From the NCBI GenBank assembly GCA_036172245.1, contig JAYWIR010000014.1:2480001-2544000 (forward strand): 64,000 nt of DNA, given 5' to 3'. Every line of letters starts with the position of its first letter. Within the stretch, counting starts at the first letter, position 1. The stretch is from Raillietiella orientalis (Eukaryota). Both the position numbers and the translations under genes were made by a program. The notes under the pieces are model-generated. The model worked only from the letters and a program-made list of their open reading frames with translations, did not search any database and was not told the DNA's origin. This document shows positions 11,210 through 23,500 of the stretch, one piece after another.

Positions 11210-14200
11210 TGCTGGCATCTCTTAGTTGGAGCGCGTTCGTCCTCCTCCTGCTTCTCCGCACCGTTTCCTGCCGGTACGAGTTCTCGTTCACGAGAGAGGC
11301 TTACAATGCCAGCATCCCGGAGAACTCGCCATCGAAGACTTACGTCGTTCCGGAAGAGAAAATGGGATTCTTCATCCCCCACCAGGACCTGGACGTGCGC
11401 TTTCGGATCTCGAAAGGCGACCCGAGCAAGTTCTTCAAGGCGGAATCGTTCTTCCTGGGAGACTTTTGCTTCCTGTTCGTCCGGATACGGACGGGGAACA
11501 GCAACGTATTGAACAGGGAGAAGATGGATTTCTACCGTCTGGAAATTCGGGCTCGGATCCGCCTCACCGGAAATTCCGGAGCGGAGTACGAAGCTCACAC
11601 TCTCGTTCTGGTGCGCGTCCTCGACGTGAACGACCTCTACCCGCTGTTCCACACGACGGAGATGCGAGTCCGGGTGCCGGAAAATGCGTCTCTGCACAGC
11701 GATGTCTGTCAGTTGCTGGCCTCCGATGCTGACCAAGGCATCAACGGGGAGGTGTACTACCGCCTGTCGGAACTGACGGAGCAGTTCGCCGTCCACCCCA
11801 CGTCGGGAGCCCTGAGTCTCACGCGCCCCCTGGATTTCTCCGAGAAGAGTTTTCACGAAGTCACGGTGGTCGCGGAGGACAGGGGGATGAAGCACGGAGT
11901 GCAGAGGTCGCATGGGTTTTCCAGCGCGCAGGTCTTCGTCGAGGTCGTCCCTGTCAACCTCCATGACCCTGTGATGAAGGTGATGCACCTGAAGGAGCTT
12001 GTGGAAAACTCGAATGCCGATATCTACGGCATAGTGAAGGTGCACGACGAGGACAGTGGCGACAACGGGAAGGTGAAGTCGGTGGACATCATAGGCGGGA
12101 ACACCCGCGGCTACTTCCGCGTCGCGGCCAGCAAGACCCCCGACGAGTTCCTCATCGAAGTGACCAAATATCTGGATCGCGAAAGCTTCCCGTGGGGGTA
12201 CAACCTGACCCTCCGCGCCGTGGACGCCGGCGTGCCTCCCCGGTCGAGCACCACGAACGTCACAGTCAACCTCATGGACACCAACGACCACGCCCCCCTA
12301 TTCGACCGCGAGGGGTACGCGACGAGGGTCCCAGAGTGGGCTCCTCCCTGCACCCCGGTCATCCGCCTGAGCGCGACGGATGCCGACTCGGGCAAGAACG
12401 CCGAGATCGCCTTCGGCATCGTCGCGGGCAACGAACTGAACCACTTCGCCATCGACCCGCGTTCCGGAGTGGTCAGTACTCTCGAGTGGCTCGACTACGA
12501 AGCCGTTCCTCTTTACGTCCTGACGGTGGCGGCGTGGGACCAAGGGAATTCTGGGACCCGGAAGAAGGGAACCTCGAAAGTGACGGTGGAGGTTGTCGAC
12601 GGCAACGACAACTCGCCCGAGTTCGAGAGCCCGGAAGAAGAGGTGTCCATCGGCGAGAACGAGCACCCAGACGCCTTCGTGTACCGGGCGCGCGCCACGG
12701 ACCGCGACACCAAGGAGAACGGCTACATCTCGTACAGCCTCTCGAACCTGAACAAGGTGCCCTTCGAGATCAACCGGTTCGACGGCACGGTGCGTACCAC
12801 CGAGGTCCTTGACTACGAGACGATGAGAAGGCACTGGGTGCTGAGGATCCGGGCTTCGGACTGGGGAGCCCCGTACCGGCGGCAGTCCGAGATGACGCTC
12901 CACGTGCGGGTCAGGGACTCCAACGACAACCGGCCCCAGTTCGAGAAGATCAACTGCAGGGGCTACGTGTCTAGGGACGCCGAGATCGGCTCCGGCATCC
13001 TCACGCTCTCCGCCGTCGACCTAGACGAGAAGAGCATCGTCACCTACCGCATGGTGAGTGGGAATGAGGACGGCTGCTTCGACCTGGACGTCAACCTCGG
13101 GGTGGTGCGGGTCGCCTGCCACCTCTTCAAGGTGGAGTCCGCCGAGCGGGAGCTGAATGTCACCGCGACGGACGGCCAGCACTTCGCCGACGTCATGCCC
13201 GTCCGCATAACCCTGGTCAGGGACAGAAGGCGGGGGCAGGTCGTCGCGGGTCCCGCGGCTTTCGAGTGCACGGACACGGGCATCATGAAGCGGCTCCAGG
13301 ACGCCATCTCCGTCTCCAGGACGAACAACGCCGCGAAGGATTCATTCCCTCCTCCAGGGAGATTCAGCGAGAACCTGCACGATCCCAAGTTCCCAGACTC
13401 CCTCCCGCGGTCCGTCGACGTCAGCGAGAGCGCCCCTGTCGGAATTGGGCTCCTGACCCTCAGGGCCGCGGATCGGGATCTGGGCTTCAACGGGAAGGTG
13501 GTGTACGCCATCTGCTCCGGGAACGTGGGTTCCGCCTTCGGGATCGACTTGGAAACGGGTTCGATCTCCGTGTCCAAGGAGCTCGATCGGGAGCGCGTCG
13601 GCTCCTACTCCCTGTCCGTCGTCGCCCACGACCTCGGGACTCCTCCGCGCTCTGCTTCCACCTCCCTGGCGGTCGGCGTCACCGACGTCAACGACAACGC
13701 GCCGCAGTTCGACCGCTCCTTCTACAGCACGACCATCGGCGAGGACGCCCCGGTCCACAGCCTGATCCTCCAGCTGAGCGCCCACGACCCTGACGAGGGG
13801 AACAGGGGGAAGGTGCGGTTCTCCCTGAGCACCCGCACGGGTGACTTCGTCCTGGACCCCGAGGATGGGAGCCTGCGCACCGCCAGGACGCTGGACCGCG
13901 AGACCCGCCCCCGCTACGAGCTGTACGTCACGGCCTGCGACGAGGACCGCAACGCCAGCATGTGCTCCCACGCCTCCGTCGCCGTCGCCATCTCCGACGT
14001 GAACGACAATGCCCCCGCCTTCCCGTCGGAGAGTTACTCCATCCGGCTGAGGGAGGACTTCCCCGTCGGGGCGGTCGTGCTGATCCCCGGAGCCACGGAC
14101 GCGGACGAAGGCCCCTCTGGACGCATCCGGTACTGGCTGTCCTCCGGGTCCGGAAAGTTCGGCGTCGACAAGGAAACCGGAATCGTCCGCCTCCTATCGC

Positions 14201-14500
14201 GACTGGACTTCCAGGAGCAGTCCTTCTTCAACCTGACTGTGGGCGCCATCGACCAGGGATCCCCTCCCCTGAGGAGCACCGCATCCGTCCTCATCAGGCT
14301 GGTCGACGTGAACAAGAACTTCCACCGCCCCAAGTTCCCCTCTTTCGCCCTGAATGCATCTGTGCTCGAGAACATGCCCGTTGGCACCGAGGTGGTCCGA
14401 ATCAAAGCGGTTGACGAGGACGAGCCCGGGCCCGACAGCGACGTGACCTATTACTTGAAATATGGCGATGGACTCGGTCACTTCTCTGTCGACAACACGG
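11206..14500 (+). CDS. kug: Fat-like coding exon 1 (signal peptide plus ~10 cadherin repeats)
   Basis: 1122-aa ORF; acceptor ttcag ending 11173 upstream of the ATG; donor ACG G|gtaagt (phase 1). Confidence 0.95.
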
Positions 14501-17500
14501 GTAAGTGGTCCGTTGCTGCAGCTTCTGCCGCTGCCCCTGGCGCTTGCGCCGTTCGAGGTCTTCGCTTGAGGTAGTCGCCGCCGATCTGCGCCTGGTGCTG
14601 GGCATCTCTCTTCACGTGCGGTTCCGTGCCGGTCGAAGCTTCAGAGGCCTTCGAGGATGCTGGACGGAAAAAGGCATCCTGGGAGGCTTTCGGTTCCGTG
14701 ACTGCTTTAAACGAGCGACGGCGAGTCTGGTGCCCCCAAGGCTCCATGGTCCGTCCTTTCGTGGCTTCCGGCGGCAATCACCTTGACCCGCGTTTTGTTC
14801 CTCCATACCTTGCGTATCCTCCCGTGAGTTCTATGGCAGTGACACGGCGGTCGTCTCCTTCGAAATTCCCTCTTGCTGTTGCCGAAGCGTCTTGTGACCG
14901 CGGGTCGCCCGCCGTGCGAAGACGGCCTGCGGTCCCTGCCGAACTTTTCTGTGCGGGCGGGCGGGCGGGCGGGCGATGCTGCGGGTTCCGTTGGCCGCTC
15001 GCGACGGGAGGGCCCCGTCGTTCCTCGGTTTCGTGACCCTTCCGCAGTACCTTCAGCCATACCATTCCATGTGGTCTCCGGCGATTGCATGACCCGAGTT
15101 CGTTACCCTGGCGTCCCGTGGGAACGCCTCGTCGGAAGCGCACCTGAGCATCTCCCCCGCTTCCCTCACACGAAGCAGGCGGGTGTGAGAATTCATGAGC
15201 GGGGGGAACCGGGCAGCAACGTCCGCTCTATGACGTGGGCCGACTCGCGCGGGCTCTCGGGAGTTATTGGAGGCAGAAACGATCCGCCCTGTGCCGCGTG
15301 CGCATCCGCAAGGAAACGCGCCTTCGGCATCGACCGGATGGCAACCTTTCGACGCCCAGCCGAGATTTCGTGTGCCGCTGCGTTCGCGGGGCAGGGGCGT
15401 TGATGTGCTCATCCGGGCTCATGTCAGGCATCCCGAAGCGGTGGTCCAGCGTGACGCGAGCGTTTGCCATGCATGGATTCGTTGCTGCGCGCCGTTCTCG
15501 CCACCGGACGTCATGGGAACACCCGAGCTTGGTCGCCTTCCCTGTTTCGCGGTTTCTCGAGCATCCTATGGGACCGTGGCCGGGGCGTTGTCGGGAGGAT
15601 GAAGGGGAGGGGGGTAAGAACTCGCGGGGAAAGCGGAACAGGACCTCCTGCCCTGGAGAGGGGTGAAATGTTCTTGCGCCGCTTTCTGCCAGGCGCCTGC
15701 AGGGCTTCGACATGACCTCCATCCCGCTCTGGAAGGTGGGGTGCTCCGATGGAGCTCACTGCTTCCGATGGGGGGAGCGCTCTCATCCGAGCCCGAAGGA
15801 ATGTCCCGGGCGCGCGCCAAGGTTTCGTGCATGCGTCCTTCCGCCCTCCCTGCTTCTCAGCCGCTCCCTCGGGGCTGTGGAGGAAGCTGCCTGTCTCTTC
15901 CCGGCCAGGAGGCACGCCAGCCGCGTCCGACACGCGATCGCGCGAAGTTCACATCGACTCGATCCCGGGATTCGCATGGCCTCCGGGATGACGCGTGCCG
16001 CCGCAGCATCTGGCCCGAAACCCAGCGTTCCAGAACGGGCGGCTGGCTTCCTACCAGCCGGCCGCGTTCGCATCTCCTCGGGTGCGGGAGACGGCGGTCG
16101 TGGTCTCTCCCTCCTCCCCTCTCCGTTTCGAAGAGGCGGCGGCTACCGGATGCGTCCGGAGGGGATCAGATGTCTGCCAGAGCGGATGCCCCGGGGACCT
16201 GCTCTTTGGGTACCCGAAGACGTGCGGCGCCGCCGCTCTCACCATCGCCACCTCCGCTTTCTGAAGGCCATGCTTGAAAGGCGGCTTCTCGCCGCCCTTT
16301 GCCCACCCCCGCTGCGCCCGGTGACGGTGGCCACGACGGGGAAGTCAGCATGCTCCTGCACTCTAAGATGGTTCGTGAGCCCTCGGTAAGGCTCCCTCGG
16401 TCGGCACCGCGGTTCTGCTTTTCGAAACCACAGGAAGTCTCGCAGTCTCCAGCAGTCCTTCGCGAATAGCAAGGTGCCCAAGTTCCCCAAGCGTGTGTCG
16501 TAGAAACAACCTCCCTGTCTGAACGGCCGCCAGATCCCCTGCAGGAAGACGTGCTCGCTCCCCCCTCCCGCTCCCCAAGCATGCTGACTCGGGCATCTGA
16601 CATCACCCTATTTGTTCATCTGTCTCCCGCGAACCATCCCAGGGAATCAATTAGGGGCGATACATTGAAGAATGCACGGCGGAGCGATTGGTCGCTGCAG
16701 GAGATTCCTCCCTCCTCTCTCTTCTTTTCTCCTCTTCTGTTTTCCGAAATGGGCCGCAGCGGAGACCAACTTCCCTCCCAAGATTAACCGACAATTTATT
16801 GGCAGCGACCTCGCCGCGGCAAAGTCGCATTTCTTCCCGGGGAACCGGGTAATGGGGAAGATCTTAATCGGATGTCAGCCTGAGGAAACCTGGGGTGGGC
16901 GACGTGGTTCCTCCGGCGGCGCGGGTGGTGGCGGGAATGATGCAATCGAGGTACGGGGCAGGTCGGCACTCGCAACCTTCGCTCCGTGCGATCCAAGCGG
17001 CGCGCCCGCCGTTTGGATCGCCGGTGGGGTGGGGGGGAAGCATCCCTTGCGCGCGCGCGCGCACCTCTGCGGTCACCCCCCGCGAACGGAAGTTGGCGTC
17101 GATGCCGTCCAAATCGCCGTGTGTTTCAGGCGTCATCCGCACCTTGAGGATCCTGGACAGGGAGTCCAGCAGCCGCTACTGGCTCTCCGTGTTCGCCCGG
17201 GACAGCGGCCTGGTCCCCCTCTCTTCCCGCATGGACATCTACGTGGAGGTGCTCGACGTCAACGACAACGTCCCCCAGACGCCGGAGCCCATCTACGTGG
17301 CTTCCGTAAAAGAGAACTCCCCCAACAATACTGAGGTCTACAAGGTGGAGGCGTACGACCGGGACGCCAGCGATATCCTCACGTACCGCATCGTATCCGG
17401 AGACCCGGAGGGCTTCTTCCGCATCGACAGCATTTCGGGTACGGTCGCCTTTCTCCTCCTCCCCCTCTCCCCCTTCCTCCCCGCACCGTTTCGCTGCTGA

Positions 17501-20500
17501 AAGAGAACACGCGACCCTTGTCCTCCGTCTCCTTCGGCCGTTCCACTGCGCACCTCGCTCGCTGCTGCGCTTCCATCGGGGTGGAGCGGGGCGGGGTCAA
17601 AGGGGGAGAGGGAGAAGCACTGCAGGCTCAGCCGCGGCGGCATCTGGCTTCGCATGTCTTCGCATCGTGAGGGCAAGGCATCACGCACCTTGATCCACCT
17701 CTTCGTTCTTGGATGGTCGGTCAGATCCCCGTCGGTGCTTCAGGGGAGGGAGGCGGAGGTCGAATCCCCTTTGGGCACCTCGAAGTCCCGTCGTCTTCGG
17801 CGGGTTGCGTTCCTCTGCTCCCTCTCTTCTTCGCGGTCGCTCCTGGTTGAATGCATTCTCCGAGCCATTCGGGGAAGAAGGGAGGAGAAGGTGGCGTCTC
17901 CCTATCCCTTCATCTGCCTCCAGCGGGCAGGGCGGCCGGGGGAAAGCGCGCCCGGCGACTTCCCCCGCGAAGGACGCGCGAACCGATCCCGGATTTGTTG
18001 CTATCGTTTTCCAGGACTCATCTCCACCACGGGGAAGAGGATCGACCGGGAGCAGCGTGAGGAGTTCAGCCTGGCGGTGAGTTGGCGACAGAACGGTCTG
18101 GGTCGGGCGGTTTCCATGGCGGCGGGGGGCTCGCAAACCGCTCGGCAGAGCGGAGGAGGCGCGTAGCGGATGAAACGCGCTGCACCGGGATGCGATCTGC
18201 GGGATACCTCCCTCGGAAACAGCCCCTTGAGGAAATGGGGGTCGAGATGGCGCCTCCGGGCGTCCTCGCCTTCCTCGGAGGAGGAGCGCCCCGGCGCTCC
18301 TTCCTTCCGGGGGACCGTTGCGTTGGCGACCTGGAAAATTCGCGCACGCGCTCGGGGCAGTCCCCTCCCTTCCCTTTCTTCCCCCGAGAGAGGCAGGAAA
18401 GGGGGAGCTGGAGGAGGACGCTGGCGATGGTTTTCGCGCTCTCCGCTCCGCGCATAGTGGCGTGTCGCTCGGAGACGTCGGGGCGGCGGCTGGGCCTCGG
18501 AGGTGCTCCGCCCTAGCGGGCCAGAGAGAGGGTTCGCGCAGGCTCCTGCCTCTGCTGCCTCCCGCGCGCGGAAGCAGGGCAGGGAGAGACAGGGGAAATC
18601 GCCTCCGTCCCCTCTTCGGGATGGTGCCCCGCGGCGGTGGCAGCTCCGCCTCCCTGAGGTTCCCCCGCACCCCTGCTGGGGTGCTGACCAGCCCGCGCGT
18701 CGCGTCCCCCTTGGACTCCCTCCCATTTTCAGGAGATGACAATGGGCATGGCGGCGGTGGAGGAAGCCCGGGCGGAAGCGACCGTGCGCCACCTGCGATT
18801 CTGCCTCCGGGCGATCGGTCAACCTTTCTTCTCCTTCGCTCTGCGGGCGTGCTCCCTTCCTCGCTCCCCTCCCATCCCGGCCGCTGACGCGCGATCGATG
18901 GGAAGCGGAGCGGTCCGCTCCCTCTTCCTGCTTGGCTTCCAGGTCCCTCCTCCCCCACCCCCCAGGCAGCTCACGCGCACGCACAGGGGGGTACTGCCTT
19001 TGATGACCTCGCGGCGGCGGCAGCAGCAGGATCCCACAGGAGCTGCACGCTTCCGCTCCTCGGAAATTCTTCTCCTTTTTTTTGTCCCCTCCCTCCACGT
19101 TCTCGCGGGCCGTCGCGTGAGAGGCGTCTCCCTGGGAGCGGCGCCTCCCGAGCGCCAAGGGCTATCCAGCCTCTGCTCCCCGAAACGTCCCACGCGCACG
19201 ACGCCGCATCGGTCAGAGCGCGATCGTTCCTCCCCTCCCTTCTCCTCTCCTTCTCCCCTTTCCCTTCCCTCTATTGGAGGAAACCCGATGCGACGTGCCG
19301 TGAGTCTTCCCCTACGCCTACGGTAGTGCGCGCGCGAGCCGACTGGTGGCTGCCTTGGGGAGCTTTAGTAGATGGGGAGGGGGCGAGGGCTCCTCTCCTC
19401 CTCCTCCGCTGTCAGCCGCAGCCAGTCGGGATCTCCAGGCCTTTGTTCCCCGGGGTGGAATGGGGGAGAGGCTGCCGACCGTGACCGCCTCTCCTGCGTG
19501 CCTTCCTCCTCCTCCCCCCCTCTCCCGAAGAGGCATACCTGGCAGGGGCAGAAGGCGCCTTCGGCCCCCGCGTCCGCCCTCGACCTTTAGGGTAAAAGGG
19601 AGGGGGGAGGGGGGAGATTCTCCTAGCAGAGCGGAGGCGGCGACATGTGCTCGCGCCCTCTCGTCCGGGATTCTTGGAGGTGCTCCCTGTCGGTCGCCGC
19701 CCCGCCGCGCCTCCCTTTCCGGCATTTCCCCCCCTCCTCTCTCCCTCCTTGCGCTCGCGTGGGGCTGAGTCATCCTTCGATCACTTTCCCCCTCCGCTGC
19801 CGCTGCTGACGAGCCGCGGGGAAGGGAGACACGAGCGATTGGGCGTGGGGAGGAGAAGGGGGGGGGAAGGAGGCAGCTGCCGTTACGCGTGCTGCTGTTG
19901 TGCCGTCTCTTCCGTCTCCTCCCGCAGCGATGTAGGAGCGGGGGAGGCTCAGGAAAGATGCATTTTCTCCCCCCCCCCCAGCCTCCCGGTCCGGCGTCGT
20001 CGTCATGCGAGCCGACGCGCTTCCGAGACGGCCCCCGATCGATCGATCGCCCGTCTTTCCCCCCGCGCGCGTGCCGAGCTCGTCTGCCCCGTGGCGCAGC
20101 CGACCGTCCTCGCTCCCTTCGTCTCCTGCGGCCTCCCTCTGAAGAGGGGCACCCCAGGTGGGACGGGGAAGCGGGGGAAAAGGGCCGGAGTGAGAGAGGG
20201 GCGGCAAGAGGGAGGTGACGGGAAGAGGAAGGGAATAAAAGTCGCAAGCCTCCTGGCTCGGGGTGGGACGTCTCCCCCTCCTCCCCTAAAAAGGAGAAGA
20301 TGGCATTCCAGCAGCAGCCCGCGCACCCTCCCGGAGGCCTGCGCGGCGAGTTCACGAGTGAACAGGAGAGCAGCGGCTCTTTCCCGGAAGAAGCCCGTCG
20401 TTCCCATTCCTCCCGGGACGCACGTCTGCTAGAGGGCGCTCGTCACCGGGATGCGGGGGTCGTTTGGGAGCAAACAGGTGCCTCCCTGTTTGACCCGTAC

Positions 20501-23500
20501 CCTGCACGAGAGGCTGTCCCGGAACGCGCGCTCCGGCAGCTGCGTCCCGTCCCTTCCCGTTTCCATGGAGGGGCAAGGCGGGAAGACCCAGCGAGCACTC
20601 GCCGAAGGTGGCGCCTGTTCGAGCGCGCGGCACGCGAGCGCCGACGGCGGCTGCGCGCGCGCGCCTCTACCTGTCTTTCCCCCGCGACGAAGGTGCGCCA
20701 TTCAGGCCGGGATATTCGCGTGAGCCTGGACGCGCAGGTCGCGTGGCACGCAGTCTTTCCGTGTTCCGGGATGGCGTCCTGGTCGATTGGCGACGGGAGC
20801 CCACAGGCCGGGACGTGTCCACGGGCCTCCTTCGGAAGACCGCCGAAGAGCAGGTGCTCGAGCCCTCGTACTGCCGCCGCAGGGCTCGAGGCGACCGAAC
20901 CGCGGCATCCGTCGAGTCCCCGGAGACGGGAACAGAAGTCGAGCTTCCCCGCCTCCCCGTTCGTGATCCCGCTAGTCATCGACTCCGTTCCTCCTTCCTC
21001 GTGTTCTCCCATCACCCTCCGCCTCCACTTGGCCTCCTTCCTCCCCTCTTTTCCTCACCTTCCTCTTTCCTGTTCCCTCCCTTTCTCTTGTTTCGTCTTT
21101 TCTTCTCCTCTCCTCTTCCCAGTGCGACTCGCGCGCCCTGTGGAGGAAATCGAAACGCGGAGGGCGAGGACTCCGGTGTTTCCGCGGCGTGCCTTCCTCC
21201 CCCCTTTCTTTCCCTTATCCCCGGATACCCTGGGGGGGGGGGGGAGGCACGTGAGTGTCCGGGGAAGCGTCCCGGCGGGGACCTATGCTCCGCGCCGTGG
21301 TGATGGCGTCTCCTGCTGCCCGCCGGCCTCCGAAGAGGCGCCGCAGCGCTGCGCTGTCGTCGCCCACGACGCGCGCGCTGCTCTCCGGCCGGCCGGCGAA
21401 GCGGGAAAATTTCGGAACGAAAAGGAAAAAACGCCGCGTCACCGGGGAACAAAGCAGATCGATACGTGAAGAGGCCGCTCGCTCGCTCACGCGGGGGGGG
21501 GGGGGGACGGCAGCGTTCGCGGGCGTTTTCGTGGCGCGCGCGCGCGCCCCCTCTCGAGAGGCCCGCCGCCGGCTAGAGCATTCTTCGCAGGGGGCTTCCA
21601 AGGCGGAACGAATGCGAGAGGATGGAGGCGGCTTCTTGTTCTCCGTCGTCGTCGTCGCCATCCTCCTCCTCCCCTCCCCTCCTCCCTTTCTGCGGGCCTC
21701 TTCACCTCCGCATCGCCGTCGAGAAGACGCGGCCGAGGCGAGTGGGCCGTGCACTCGCGCGCGCCCGACGGGGCGAATGCCCCGCCAGATCAGCAGCAGC
21801 AGCAGCAGCAGTGCTGACTCCCCGCCTTCACTTTCCGTTTTTGGTCCGTCTGTGCTTGCGCGCGCGTGCGTGACCCGCCGAGCCACCTGGTGAGGCGAGG
21901 GGAGGGGGAGGAAGTAAGAGGAGAGGCACGCGCGTAAGGGGCGTGTCTTCTCATTCCACCGACCATGGAAAGGGATCCCTGCACATTCAGCGACGCCCGT
22001 CTCGCCGGCTGCGTTCCCAATGTTGATCCTTCTTCCGTCGGTCTCGTCCTCACGTGCCCCCAGAGAGGCTGGAAACAAAACAAAACAGGAAAGGGGGAGG
22101 GGGGTGGAAGCCCTCAGGAGAGACAACGGCGGTCTTCTGTTCGCGGCTCCCGCAGGATGCCCGGATGGTCCCGTGGCGGTGGAGGCACCTTAAGACGCTC
22201 CGTCGTTCCCAACTTCTCCATTTGGGAGGGGAAAGCGTGGAAAATCCAAGGCAAAGAGAGCTCTCGGGACGCAGGAGCACCCAAGGGAACCGAGGCTCCG
22301 TTCCCTCCCTGCGGATGGGAGGCACCTGCTGCGGCTGAAGAGGCACTGCGGGAGCGCCAACCACGCAAGACGAGGTGCGGGTAGGGAGTTTAGGCAGCGA
22401 AGGGTCTGGGAATTTCTCTTGGTGCATGACCAGGACGGGGAGGAAGTGAAGGGGATCACATTGCGGTCCGGGGATGACTGACCGAAACGAAAAAGAGCCG
22501 GGAGGAGGTGGACGGTCCATCATCTTCCGTGGGCAGGGAAAGGGACGGAAGCTGCCCGCAGTCGCCGCCGCCGTTAGGTGGCAGGTGGGTTCCTGCGAGA
22601 CGACGTGGCTGCCAGCATAAGAGCGCATCACCAGCCCACGCAAGGGGGGAGGAGGAGTTCCGAGCGTCGTAAATCGCGGTCGCAGCAGCAGTCGCCGTCA
22701 CCCCCTGAGCGCAGCTGGAAGCGAGCGGGCGTTTCTTTTCTTTCCTATCTCTTTCTTTCTTCCGCCCCTCCTTCCTCTCTCTCTCTTTTCTGCTGTTGTT
22801 GTCGCTTCTGCTGCCGTTCCCCGGCGCAAGGGGTCGACCGCAGGGGAGGGAAGCAGCGTTCCTGGAAGTGATTTTCCTCCCCAGCACGAACGGAAGCTCC
22901 CGGCTTCGCGAATTGGAGCTGTCGGGGAAGAAGGGCTTCTGGCTCTTCCCGGCGAACGCCCACGCGCGCTGGCTGGCGGCGCCTCCGGTCGTCGTCGAAT
23001 CTCCTGGCGGCGCTTTTGCTTTCGGCTCGGCCGCCGGTTCGTCTGGCGTTTCCCGTCTTGGCCGTCACGCTTGCCGTCTCAGTCCGAAGCGCTCAATCTC
23101 TCCGTTTCCCCGGGGCGAACGCTTCTTCCATCCCCTCTTCCTGGAGCTCCTCCCCCTTTCCTCAGTGGGAAGAGGTGGCCGAAACTACGATGCTTCTCCG
23201 GCAGCACCCACGTAAGGTATGGCGACTCCCGAGAAGCGGGGAAGGGGCGGCCTTCGAGGGAAACTTCCTGGCCGTGTGTGCACTCGTCCCGGCCTTGGAA
23301 GTCCCGTTGACCGTCGCGCCTTCCCTAAGGCCGCCCTTGAACCCGCTCGAGAACGAGGACGGTCCTCCAGTGCTGCCGGTTTACTCCGACTGGAGGAGGA
23401 GGGTCAAAGCAGGAACGGTTTCGTGCACCTGGACACTGCCCGCCCCGCTCATGCCCTTCGGCAAGCGAGGCGGGCCCGCATTGCACCCATCGACGACGCC

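Noticed and set aside
11170..14481. Long antisense ORFs over cadherin exon 1 (e.g. 11170-12291, 373 aa)
   Set aside because: Shadow ORFs caused by high third-position GC of the sense gene
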